From a virus: 64,000 nt of DNA. The stretch is from the IMG/VR virus record IMGVR_UViG_3300041964_000014, positions 1 to 64,000 of that record. One strand, 5' to 3'. Each line of letters opens with the position of its first letter. Within the stretch, counting starts at the first letter, position 1. A program made the translations under genes and the position numbers. The notes below the pieces were generated by a model. It did not search any database. It was not told the origin of the DNA and saw only the letters and a program-made list of their open reading frames with translations. Shown here one piece after another: positions 10,132 to 19,596 of the stretch.

Positions 10132-11238
10132 CTATTTCGGACTAAAGAACCTATCCAACTTTCTCCACTTACGATCTAAACGAAGTGGGTTGCTACCGTC
10201 ACAGAAGTGGTATAACCATTCGATGTTGTTTTTGCCTTGCATATTTATAACCCCGTATATGTCATTACGCTTAGTTAGACAGATGGCAGCGGTGTAACCA
10301 AAATATCTTAACTTGCTAGTCATCCATTCTAAGAAGGGTAGACTACCAGCTAATTGGATATTGAATATGCGATTAGATAATTCTATACGAATAGATCCAT
10401 CCCCCTCGATAGCTCCTCGAAGATAATGCCCAAAGTATTCGTCAGGAATTTGTGGTATGACAAAGTTGTATGTTTTGTTAGGAACTATTCCATATTTATC
10501 CACCCATACTTGGAAACCAGAATTAGTAATACGCCAACAAGATTGTAATCCCGCTTTAATTATCTGATTGCCTATTACAGAGTCTTTTGGTTGGTAAGTA
10601 TGCAAACGAAATCTGTCTACCTCAATAAATTGAGAAAACCTTTCAATAATATACGCATCTCCCGCTTGTAGAGCCAACTGATATCGGTAATTGTTTTCTC
10701 TTTCAACTATGCAACCATCTGTTGCCGCCCACCCTAACCAGTAGAATAACTCAGGACATTCGGTACTTAGCTTGCTTTCGTTTATTTTAAGATGTGGATA
10801 TGTAAGTCGAGCGGTATTAGTATTATCTAATATATTTCTTACATGACCATGAGATAGCTCTACTATCTCCCCTATCTCACGTAGGGTTAATCCTTCTTCA
10901 TGGAGTCGGATTACTTTGTTATTTCGCTCTAGAATACTTGCTTGGTATAAATCGCTGATTATAACTGAAATAGTTGGTTTAGCTTTTTTGTACTTAACTG
11001 ATAACTCATTAATGTCTAAACCTAATTCAAAGTCTTCTCGAATAGCGGTGTCTCTGCTTCTGTGTTCGGACGTACATACCCGTGTTCTCCCACGAATTTC
11101 TATATTGGCATCTCGTAGTAGCTTTCGGCAGGTCTTTGGATGAATACACAACAAAGTAGCTAGAACCTCTACGTTTTCACCTTGTTGGTATCTAGCTACA
11201 AATTCGTCTTTAGTATTTTGAGTTAACTTGGCTGCCAT
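10132..11238 (-). CDS. Free-standing LAGLIDADG homing endonuclease with N-terminal HTH repeats
   Basis: YWLGWAATDGCI and YLRGAIEGDGSI motifs; HTH LTLREIGEIVELSHGHV; C-terminal L.RK. Confidence 0.85.
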   Translation of the reverse strand: MAAKLTQNTKDEFVARYQQGENVEVLATLLCIHPKTCRKLLRDANIEIRGRTRVCTSEHRSRDTAIREDFELGLDINELSVKYKKAKPTISVIISDLYQASILERNNKVIRLHEEGLTLREIGEIVELSHGHVRNILDNTNTARLTYPHLKINESKLSTECPELFYWLGWAATDGCIVERENNYRYQLALQAGDAYIIERFSQFIEVDRFRLHTYQPKDSVIGNQIIKAGLQSCWRITNSGFQVWVDKYGIVPNKTYNFVIPQIPDEYFGHYLRGAIEGDGSIRIELSNRIFNIQLAGSLPFLEWMTSKLRYFGYTAAICLTKRNDIYGVINMQGKNNIEWLYHFCDGSNPLRLDRKWRKLDRFFSPK

Positions 11239-11331
11239 TTAGAACCTCAAATGCTTTCTTTATTAATTATAGCATTTTTGGTTGTGTACCTTACTAAATT
11301 TAGTAAGTGTCGATGGCTGAAACCTTTATGA

Positions 11332-12132
11332 TTAGCAAGAAACGAAGAGTCCCGTATACTCCATCTGGTACGGGAAGCAGTCCCCCGAAACCTGATTCAA
11401 AAAGAAAGGTAATTCTAAGTTCTCTGCTCCAGTATCAAAACCAGAACCTTCAAAGTTAGGAGTTACCTTCTTAGCTGTGAATACAACTACTTCACTTTCG
11501 TTAGTAATCAGAGTAGCGAATAAACTATGAGGTCCAACTACTTGTCCGCCAATACCATAAGTATTGATGGTATAAGGAATTAGTAGTGAGACATACGCAG
11601 CAGCTGTCTTAAGGTTGTCTGAAAACTTAAGTGCACCTGCATCTCCAACAGCGAAGGTATCATCAGTAGCTGGAGAGAAGCCTCCAAACGGCGCTTGAGT
11701 CAGCAGTACTGTTTGGTTGTTCTTTACCACAGAAGCCTGAGATACCGTGTCAGCTGTGATCGTGAAGCCTAGCTGAGTAGCGTTGAGTGCGCCTGGGTAT
11801 TCGTTTTGGAACACCTGTACTGACTTCGGGAGAGCTAGCTGAGTGTTAGTCTTCGCCTGGAAGTAGTTACCAATACGGAATTGCAGAAGTTCTGGCTGCA
11901 TCTGACCATAAGAAATCCGCAACGTCGGTTGTCTGCCCGAAATATAAGAACCAGCACGAGTCATTTCTCCAAGCTGGTTACGGGTCATCTGAATCTTTTG
12001 CTCAATACCATTATCTACAGCAAAAGTAGAAGGAACCGGAAGACACCAAATTAAACCGTCACTTAAACGCTTTAGCCGTAAGTCAGCTAGTCCTTTAAAA
12101 GTACGGTTAATATCGTTAAATACAATAGCCAT
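11332..12132 (-). CDS. Putative major tail tube protein
   Basis: 266 aa, beta-rich, with a codon pattern like the capsid gene. Lies between tail completion genes and the chaperone. Confidence 0.6.
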   Translation of the reverse strand: MAIVFNDINRTFKGLADLRLKRLSDGLIWCLPVPSTFAVDNGIEQKIQMTRNQLGEMTRAGSYISGRQPTLRISYGQMQPELLQFRIGNYFQAKTNTQLALPKSVQVFQNEYPGALNATQLGFTITADTVSQASVVKNNQTVLLTQAPFGGFSPATDDTFAVGDAGALKFSDNLKTAAAYVSLLIPYTINTYGIGGQVVGPHSLFATLITNESEVVVFTAKKVTPNFEGSGFDTGAENLELPFFLNQVSGDCFPYQMEYTGLFVSC

Positions 12133-12157
12133 AATTAGTCCTTTAAATAATAATTAA

Positions 12158-12745
12158 TTAAGAGTTGGTGCGGGGTTTACGGGCTTTGTTTAGATAATCG
12201 TCTACGTTAATAGAGATAGGATTTAACTCAATAGGGTTACTACCCGCAGTAGCAATAGTAGCGGCATCGTAACCCGATCCACTGTCTTTTACTTGCGTAC
12301 CATCAAATTGGTATAAGGTAGGAACTACTCGAATTACGTTCCCACTAAATACATGGTTTAGTGAAAGAATATATAAAGTAGCATCCACAGTACCGGGGTC
12401 AAAAGTAAGGGTTACTGTACCACCAGCTGTAGCTGCTGCACTTAACACAATAGAACTACCATTAGCAGCGACTGATTGTACTTTAGTATTAGCAGGAATA
12501 CCAGTACCCGTAACACCATCACCAGCACGAACAGAATTAAAACTACCAGCAGCAGCACTAACAGTAGTATTAGTATTAATCGTTGTACAGTTAGGTACTG
12601 TAAAAGTAGAAATAGTTACATCTTCTAGTACTACCGGAATATTAATTCTGTTACCAGATACAACTGGAGTTTTTAAATCAATGCTAGTAGCAAGTGTAGT
12701 AACTGTATCTAATTTAGGACGGCTAATATTACCTGAAATAGGCAT
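12158..12745 (-). CDS. Virion structural protein (Thr/Gly/Ala-rich beta domain)
   Basis: VRAGDGVTGTGIPANTKVQSV...IVLSAAAT module typical of phage structural proteins. Confidence 0.55.
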   Translation of the reverse strand: MPISGNISRPKLDTVTTLATSIDLKTPVVSGNRINIPVVLEDVTISTFTVPNCTTINTNTTVSAAAGSFNSVRAGDGVTGTGIPANTKVQSVAANGSSIVLSAAATAGGTVTLTFDPGTVDATLYILSLNHVFSGNVIRVVPTLYQFDGTQVKDSGSGYDAATIATAGSNPIELNPISINVDDYLNKARKPRTNS

Positions 12746-12801
12746 ACGCTATTTTCTCCAAAATTTAGCATTTAGTATATCTAAAATATTAACGTATTAA
12801 T

Positions 12802-13362
12802 TTAATTAGTCATAGTAAAGTAGAAATTTAAATGCTCAAAAGCGGGGGGTCCGGCTTCTGTAATATACTCACTACGTCTACCTATTTCACTAGTAAACAC
12901 ACCAGTACGTACATAACTATCTAATAGATAATAGTTAATTTCCCAGCTTACCCATTGCAGTATAGGTAATAGTATTAAGTTATTAGGCATTAATAAGCTA
13001 TAAGAAACTACGGCGCTACTCTCTCTTAAAGTAGTGCGACTTTTAAACATATCACTAGTACGATATACTTTTAGAACTGGATATTCCATTGTTGGAACAT
13101 TACGTTCTCTATAACTACGAATACCATTAACTACAGTAAAATCGGGGGATATTGGTATTTCATTACCCGCACAATCTAGAATAGCTGGTAGTGTATTAGA
13201 TCTAATAACAGATTCATTTAATCTCTGCTTTAAATAAACAGCGAGTTTATGACAAGGTTCATCGAAGAATATATTAGGTTCACTAGGTAAACGATAGTTA
13301 TAGTCCATAAATATAAAGGTTAGTAATAGTGGATTAAATATATGAAGTACTACAGTAATCAA
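12802..13362 (-). CDS. Putative tail completion/terminator protein
   Basis: Size, YPVL.VY motif and position upstream of the tail tube. Real start is probably the MDYNY codon. Confidence 0.45.
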   Translation of the reverse strand: MITVVLHIFNPLLLTFIFMDYNYRLPSEPNIFFDEPCHKLAVYLKQRLNESVIRSNTLPAILDCAGNEIPISPDFTVVNGIRSYRERNVPTMEYPVLKVYRTSDMFKSRTTLRESSAVVSYSLLMPNNLILLPILQWVSWEINYYLLDSYVRTGVFTSEIGRRSEYITEAGPPAFEHLNFYFTMTN

Positions 13363-13589
13363 GTTATGTTTAGGGCTGTGTTTCTGCGTAGTACTATTCG
13401 TAGCTATGAGTGGGTTATTTTCCTCGAAGTAAATAATGTTATGAAAGGTACAACTGCCATCATAGAAACAGAAGGAGAATCTCCTAGAGTAGATAAAGAA
13501 GATTATACTTTGAAAAAACTATGGACTAGCTATCTAACAAGTCTTGGTTATTCTGCTGATAAAATTAGACAAAGCTTTATTAGAAACAG

Positions 13590-14294
13590 TTAAATCTCAT
13601 CAGTATAATCACTAGCAGCTAAAGGATAGTAATCATTATCCAAACTAACTTCTTCATTGCCTAATACTCTCAAACTAGGGTCTGTTAAAGCAGCATTATA
13701 ACTGTGATAATAATCAGCATTAGCACCTAATGGAACGCCCCGGTGAAACTTGTGGTTGCTAAGAAACTCGCTAGGCTCACTGGCAGCTTTATGTTTTCGG
13801 ACTATTGTGTCGTTGTGTATCAGTACTCGTGTTTGAGTAGTACTAACTGGAATTTCCCCAGGCAATTCAATACGCTTAGGTGGCATTGTACCTGGAGTAA
13901 CTGGTTGTGTCATTATTCCAGGAATGTTAAAGTTGAGTCCCGCAGTTAGCATACTAAGCAAGTTATTAGCGTGAGTTTTTAAACCCATAGTAATGTCTAG
14001 CGGAGAACCTGCTACGTTATCCCAGTAACTGTAAGTAATTAAGTCCGAAATAATAAGGGCTTCAACTATTTCTGTGATAATTAAATGGTTGTTACGTAGT
14101 GGTAATACATATAAATTACTAAGCACAATATCTACATAAGCTTCTTTTTCATTAGCTACATCTTCTATTAGTGCGGGATCTACAGGAGTTGTTGGGTTAT
14201 TAACTGGGTAAGGTGTGTTAGTAGTACTATTGGATAGTAGAGATAATCTGCCTCTAAGTTTCTGAGCTAGATGTGGTATTGTTGTGTACTTCAT
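13590..14294 (-). CDS. Putative head-tail connector (Mu gp36/DUF1320-like)
   Basis: MKYTT..L......LIED...E...VD..L...Y.LPL pattern. Confidence 0.55.
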   Translation of the reverse strand: MKYTTIPHLAQKLRGRLSLLSNSTTNTPYPVNNPTTPVDPALIEDVANEKEAYVDIVLSNLYVLPLRNNHLIITEIVEALIISDLITYSYWDNVAGSPLDITMGLKTHANNLLSMLTAGLNFNIPGIMTQPVTPGTMPPKRIELPGEIPVSTTQTRVLIHNDTIVRKHKAASEPSEFLSNHKFHRGVPLGANADYYHSYNAALTDPSLRVLGNEEVSLDNDYYPLAASDYTDEI

Positions 14295-14430
14295 AATAGT
14301 AGTTAAAGTAATAGTACTATACTAACTATGGATATAATAATTAAACCAACAGCTGCTTTAGAGCATATGCACGTATCTAACGATAGTAAGTTTATCGCTT
14401 TACTACTTAGTACGCAGGGTAAACAATACC

Positions 14431-15369
14431 TTATAGAACTCCGTATCTTTTTCCAAGACTTATATACCCACGTAATTCTTGCGAGGTTCTATTAGCAGTA
14501 CTAACATATCTACGACCTTCTTGTAGCTGTTCAGTATTAGCAGTAGCACCTACTCCTGCACCAATGGCTGCGCCACCTAATATTACAGCCTTACGATGTT
14601 TCTTTAACTTAGTTAATTTACCAGCTGCTTTTAGATCTCCTAATGCCATTGCAGTTTGTTGTACAACTTGTTTAGCTGTTCCTGTATTAAGACCCGCTTT
14701 TTTCGCTAAATACATTCCTGCAATTCCTGTTCCGGCTGCTGCTAATGCCCCACCGCCTGCTGCACCAATACCTGCGCCGATAGCTCGACCAACTAAACTT
14801 ACTTTACGTTTCTTTTTATCTTTACTCCCTTTACGTCTACCGAATTCAGCTACAGTTTGATCTCCCATACTGTAGTATGCCTTTTTCTTTTTCAACATTG
14901 GAACTACAGACTGAACTATCTTACGTTGATCGGCTTGTTCGGCTTTACTTGCAGGAATTCCCCGACTAGCTATTCTATCTCCGATTGGTTTATTTAAGAT
15001 AAGTTGCTTTTGTATACTATTTAAACGTTGTTGTACTTTTTCCTTATTTTGAGCTTTACGAGATATATTTGTTTTACTAGCTCCCATAAATGCATCAAGT
15101 TCTTCTATTGAATTAATTAAAGGCTTATCTTCGAGTATTGTAGTAATGGGGGATTTAACAGAGATGGATTTATTAGTAGAAACAGGTTTAGCACTACTAA
15201 TAGGTGTCTTTTTCTTTCCTTTTAATGCTAAGTATCCCGCTGTACCTAGTACTGCTAATCCACCCGCACCAATAGCTAGATTACGTAGTGTTCGCTTTTT
15301 CTTATCTTTAGCACCTTTAGTTCTAGCAAAATTAGAGTGTGTTATGTCCGAAATAAATAGGAGTTTCAT
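14431..15369 (-). CDS. Basic Gly/Ala-rich leader-family protein (two leader units)
   Basis: MKLLFISDITHSNF-ARTKGAKDKKKR and internal VAEF-GRRKGSKDKKKRK, each followed by a GxxxG hydrophobic segment. Confidence 0.75.
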   Translation of the reverse strand: MKLLFISDITHSNFARTKGAKDKKKRTLRNLAIGAGGLAVLGTAGYLALKGKKKTPISSAKPVSTNKSISVKSPITTILEDKPLINSIEELDAFMGASKTNISRKAQNKEKVQQRLNSIQKQLILNKPIGDRIASRGIPASKAEQADQRKIVQSVVPMLKKKKAYYSMGDQTVAEFGRRKGSKDKKKRKVSLVGRAIGAGIGAAGGGALAAAGTGIAGMYLAKKAGLNTGTAKQVVQQTAMALGDLKAAGKLTKLKKHRKAVILGGAAIGAGVGATANTEQLQEGRRYVSTANRTSQELRGYISLGKRYGVL

Positions 15370-15418
15370 TTTAATTATTAGTTTTGTGTAGTTAATTATA
15401 GTCCACTAGTTCTGTCTT

Positions 15419-15691
15419 TTAAACCAAGTTTTTATTAAAGTTTTTAGCCGATAGGTATCCGGCTGTACCTAATACAGCTGAACTACCCGCTATCGCTTTA
15501 GTTATAGGATGTTTTATACGCGTATTAGATAGTTTATTTCCAATATACATACCTGCGGCTACTCCATTTAATGCCCCGATTCCAGCCCAACTGACGGGAT
15601 TTAATCCTTCTCCGTATTTTGTTTTTCTTCTCTTTTTATCTCGACTACCCCGCCTCCTAGCAAAAGTAGCCATACTATTTATTTCGGACAT
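15419..15691 (-). CDS. Basic Gly/Ala-rich leader-family protein
   Basis: ATF-ARRRGSRDKKRRK plus two glycine-rich hydrophobic segments. Confidence 0.7.
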   Translation of the reverse strand: MSEINSMATFARRRGSRDKKRRKTKYGEGLNPVSWAGIGALNGVAAGMYIGNKLSNTRIKHPITKAIAGSSAVLGTAGYLSAKNFNKNLV

Positions 15692-15828
15692 AATATTGTC
15701 ATATTATTTATTTAACTTTTTTGATATTTGGGTACTCTCTCATTAAAATAGCTGGAGCTTTAAATACCCCAGCTTAGTTATAACCATAAATATGTAAAAC
15801 GTAACCAAAGTATACTAATATACTACTC

Positions 15829-16173
15829 TTAAGCTACTTTATTTATATCTAAATTAATACTATATTTATTAATATACTCAAACAACTTATCATTAATAAA
15901 CTGTAATTCAGGTTTACTACCTTGTTCTAAATTACACTGCTTACAACATATAGTTAAGTTATTGATATCGGTAGCTAAACTATAGGCTTTATGCTTATCT
16001 AGTATTTTACAGCTGATAATATGGCTACAATGTGCTGTACTAATATCTATATTTTGTAAGCACTTAGGACAAAGGTATTTAGTTTCTCTAAGTAAGTTAC
16101 TTACTACTGCTAAATACTCCGACTTACTACGTTTCCAAGCTAAGTAACAACTACGACTATTACGATTACTCAT
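15829..16173 (-). CDS. HNH endonuclease
   Basis: CPKC...HCSHII...NL...CKQCN. Confidence 0.7.
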   Translation of the reverse strand: MSNRNSRSCYLAWKRSKSEYLAVVSNLLRETKYLCPKCLQNIDISTAHCSHIISCKILDKHKAYSLATDINNLTICCKQCNLEQGSKPELQFINDKLFEYINKYSINLDINKVA

Positions 16174-16550
16174 AACAGTTACTAATATGTTGTTTGTAGT
16201 AAGCCAGTATTAGATTAATAGAATGTACTTTAGTAGGTAAACTAATTATTATATCTAAACTAGTACCAGTAAGTATATTATCGATAGCGTTATTAATATA
16301 AGTAATTAACTGTTCTTTATTATTAGTAGTATTAATATACTCGCAAATACAATCGCTAGTAACAGCTCCAAACATATCGGCACTAGTACAATGTTTCCAC
16401 TCGTTATCTAATACATCTAATCTAAGAATAGTAGAACACCCTCCCATTCTATAAATTTTATAGGTATTAGTATTAAGTACTCTAGTATCGTTATATATTA
16501 AGCTTCTAAATCTAGCAACTATTGCTGGAGTATAAAGTGTAGTATCCATA

Positions 16551-17516
16551 TCAACCTGTAGTATAAGCGGGAATTTTTAAGTCCCGGTAATAATTAAAGA
16601 ATCTACCTAACATATTATTATCCCAATTGGTGTAAGCAGCAACACTACCTACCCATATCCAAATATCAGAAATAACGCCCCCAAAAGCTGTACCTAGATT
16701 ATTAGCATGAGCAGCTCCGGTTCTGTATAAGATACTATTAGTGTTACCTATAATACCACCCGTATTACTTACTAGTGGATTAGTATTAGGTGCTGTAGTA
16801 GTAGATGTTGTACTAGCTAATACACTACCATCTCTAGTTAGGGTACGGGGAAATGCTGTACCGTAGTTTTCAGTAATATTGATAGAAAACTTGCGGTTAA
16901 CAAAAGCCGGTGCAGTTGGGGATACTAATGAGTTATTAAACTGCGTGTAATTTAACTTACCATCTGTTCTAAAGAATAAGCTATATTGCGAGTTAGTAGC
17001 ATCTGTTTGACCACTAATAATTGTAGAGAAGCCGTTGTTAGTAGTATCTACTGTACGAGCAAATACACTAAGTATAGACACGCTAGTTTCGTTAGCTAAA
17101 TAAGATAAATCAACGGGATATCCCCCATCAGCACTTCTAGTAAACTCTAAACCATCTGATTTTAATATTGCCCGTTTAGCGGTAACAGTTTGTATCGCGT
17201 TGTTATTGGCAGTATACGTATTAGGACGAGCATTTTTAATATAAGCTACACTACCATTTTCTGCCGCTAAAACAGTTCCTGCGGTGTCTGAGTAGCAATG
17301 ATACTTATCCATTGGATACCACGCACTGCACCCGGCTATCATGTCAATTACGTTGTAGGGGGTGTAATAGTTTTGCCCTAAACAAGATCTAATCGCCGCC
17401 TCTGCTATTTTATTTCGGACTCCTAGATGCGTATTGGGTAATCTGGTATTTACGTACTTAGTAACAAAACCGCTATCACCAATTAAAGAACGAAAATTAT
17501 ACACACTCAGATCCAC
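16551..17516 (-). CDS. Virion protein with probable LamG/concanavalin-like domain
   Basis: Beta-rich, Thr/Asn-rich; IIG...FGGVISDIWIW signature. Confidence 0.5.
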   Translation of the reverse strand: MDLSVYNFRSLIGDSGFVTKYVNTRLPNTHLGVRNKIAEAAIRSCLGQNYYTPYNVIDMIAGCSAWYPMDKYHCYSDTAGTVLAAENGSVAYIKNARPNTYTANNNAIQTVTAKRAILKSDGLEFTRSADGGYPVDLSYLANETSVSILSVFARTVDTTNNGFSTIISGQTDATNSQYSLFFRTDGKLNYTQFNNSLVSPTAPAFVNRKFSINITENYGTAFPRTLTRDGSVLASTTSTTTAPNTNPLVSNTGGIIGNTNSILYRTGAAHANNLGTAFGGVISDIWIWVGSVAAYTNWDNNMLGRFFNYYRDLKIPAYTTG

Positions 17517-17883
17517 TCCAGTAGTAGTTAGTACCGTTGTAGATATAACTCAAGACTTTTCTAGTACCATTAATAAAGTTTAAATCAAAGCCATTAGTCC
17601 GAAAACTACCAGTGGGCAGTGTAATTACTCCTGTTGCTGTGGCTACTACTATCAAAGTACCTACTTGTCCATTAACAACATTAGTAATAGACAAAGTAGT
17701 ATTACCTGTAAGAGTTAGATTACGCTTACTAACAAATCGCCCATTAGTGTTCCACGTAGTAGTAGTACCAAAAGTTAAAGCAGAAAATACTTCGTTGTCT
17801 ACTTTAAGTAGTGCAATAACTTCTGCTTCTGTGTATGTTTTCTTACGACCTGTAGTAGTATCTACTGCTACGAAGTTAGGCAT
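17497..17883 (-). CDS. Virion fibre/accessory structural protein
   Basis: LTLTGNTTLSITNV..GQ...LIV......ITLP...LSYIYNGTNYY motif of phage fibre tips. Confidence 0.55.
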   Translation of the reverse strand: MPNFVAVDTTTGRKKTYTEAEVIALLKVDNEVFSALTFGTTTTWNTNGRFVSKRNLTLTGNTTLSITNVVNGQVGTLIVVATATGVITLPTGSFRTNGFDLNFINGTRKVLSYIYNGTNYYWSGSECV

Positions 17884-17884
17884 A

Positions 17885-18476
17885 TTAGTTAATAGTTACT
17901 GGCTCATCATATTCAAATAATATACTAGTTGGAGTTAGTGCAACACCTAAAGCTTGAATTAATACACCCGAAGTACTTAAAGCTCCTACCGCTGTTTGAT
18001 CAATATCTCCACCACTCGTGCCAAGAAAATAATAGTACCTGCAATTTTTCCAGTAACAGCAGTATTGATTCCAGATATATACACTAAAGCATTAGCTCCA
18101 CTAGCTACGTTACTTAAAACAAATCCCGTTGCTTGTTTGGTAGAAGTATTGTCTGCTTTCCGTGCATTAGGAGTTCCAGCGTTGTTAAATACATTGACCC
18201 AATTACCTGCCGTTAATGCTTCGCTAGCTACAACACTAACTGTGTTATTAAACCCCGCAGTATATAAGGAACTATCTAATACCCCATTAGCGTTAGTTAG
18301 TACTACTTTACTGGCATCCCCACTACCTGCCGTAGCAGTAACAGTACGGAGGAAAGAGTTATCGAGTTTCCCAGTACTATCTGTAGCTGGAACTTTATCG
18401 GCATCAGCAGCTCCTACACTGCTAGCATAGTACTGACTATTTTTTTAACGCCACTAATCCAACCTATAAATCTCAT
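17885..18476 (-). CDS. Capsid cement/decoration-like protein with two apparent 1-nt deletions
   Basis: Reconstructed as MRFIGWISGVKKIVST / ASSVGAADADKVPATDSTGKLD...ASEALTAGNWVNVF...ARKADN...ATGFVL / YFLGTSGG...LIQALGVALTPTSILFE. Frame breaks near 18428 and 18030. Confidence 0.6.
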
Positions 18477-18516
18477 GAGTTATAATACCTAATTTACTTA
18501 GTTATATTGTATTACT

Positions 18517-19146
18517 TTAAATAGCTATAACTTCTACATCGATATTAATAGTGTTACTGTCTATTACGTTACCTACCTCGATAACGTAACCTTCTGTAGG
18601 TGCTATTTGTATAAGCTCTCCGTTATTGCCTACATACACTAATTTGCTAGTATCCCAGTTCCAACTAGCACTATACACGCTACCTGAAGTGGCTACTAAA
18701 ATAGCTTGATTAGTATTACCTGATTCTGTACTAATCCCGGTTACTTGTGGAAAGTCATTATCGGCATAGATTAACTGATTATTATCGTTAACTCTTACCG
18801 CTTTATAAGCAACTACATTTGTAGCGGCTATATAAGATTTAGTAATATTAGATTGTGGCATATTCTCGATACTGTCAGAATTACTAGCGGCATTATCTAC
18901 TAACCACATTAGAGCCGAGAAGCGTACTTCTTCTAACGGTATAGTATTAAAATCGGTATAAACTAACTGCGTATAAAATGTATTTAAATTGTTAATAATA
19001 TCTTGTTTAGTAGGGGGATTATTTATAGAAAGTAATACCCCTAATTCTTTCTGAAAAGCAGATAGCGTATTAAAGTTACTATAAACACTATCCCCATAGA
19101 ATAAATTAAGAGTATTAACTAGTTTTTGTTTTGTTGGTAAACCCAC
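18517..19146 (-). CDS. Structural protein: two N-terminal repeat modules plus a cement-like (DUF2190-like) domain
   Basis: AATNVVAYKAV...G.....G....I.V.T.G....WNW....VYVGNNGEL....P domain. Confidence 0.55.
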   Translation of the reverse strand: MGLPTKQKLVNTLNLFYGDSVYSNFNTLSAFQKELGVLLSINNPPTKQDIINNLNTFYTQLVYTDFNTIPLEEVRFSALMWLVDNAASNSDSIENMPQSNITKSYIAATNVVAYKAVRVNDNNQLIYADNDFPQVTGISTESGNTNQAILVATSGSVYSASWNWDTSKLVYVGNNGELIQIAPTEGYVIEVGNVIDSNTINIDVEVIAI

Positions 19147-19167
19147 TACAAACTACTCCTATTAGAT

Positions 19168-19527
19168 TTAGTTAGTCTTGATGGCTTTAGTGTGCTTGTA
19201 AGTACGGGGCTTAATTTCTTTAGTATTGTTATCAAGACTATTAGCTTGTGGTTTTATTTCTCGTGCAGTACTAGGATTAGTAACCTCAATAAGCACCTCT
19301 TCCTGTAATGGAACATCAGCAATCATTTCAACTACAGGAGTAGGAGGCGTATCTGTTTCGGACATTATCACTGGCTCTACTATGGTAGGTTGAATTGCAT
19401 ATAGATAGTTCCAGGCAGATTCTGGTATTTCTCCCGGATAATACAACGCGTCCTTTGGGGGATAATGGTTACCGCGAGAATCAATATATGAGCGTGTTAA
19501 TTTAATTGGTTTAGTCGTATCCAACAT
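19168..19527 (-). CDS. Hypothetical head-region protein
   Basis: ORF in the structural operon. Confidence 0.5.
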   Translation of the reverse strand: MLDTTKPIKLTRSYIDSRGNHYPPKDALYYPGEIPESAWNYLYAIQPTIVEPVIMSETDTPPTPVVEMIADVPLQEEVLIEVTNPSTAREIKPQANSLDNNTKEIKPRTYKHTKAIKTN

Positions 19528-19596
19528 AAGATATTACCAGGGTATTCGGCTATTAGTATTATTGTAAGTAATTTCAGCTAAGGTGTTTTAAAGTCA

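Noticed and set aside
10132-11331. Group I intron or intein around the LAGLIDADG gene
   Set aside because: The gene has its own start and stop, the upstream tail gene appears complete, and no splice or intron core elements were recognised.
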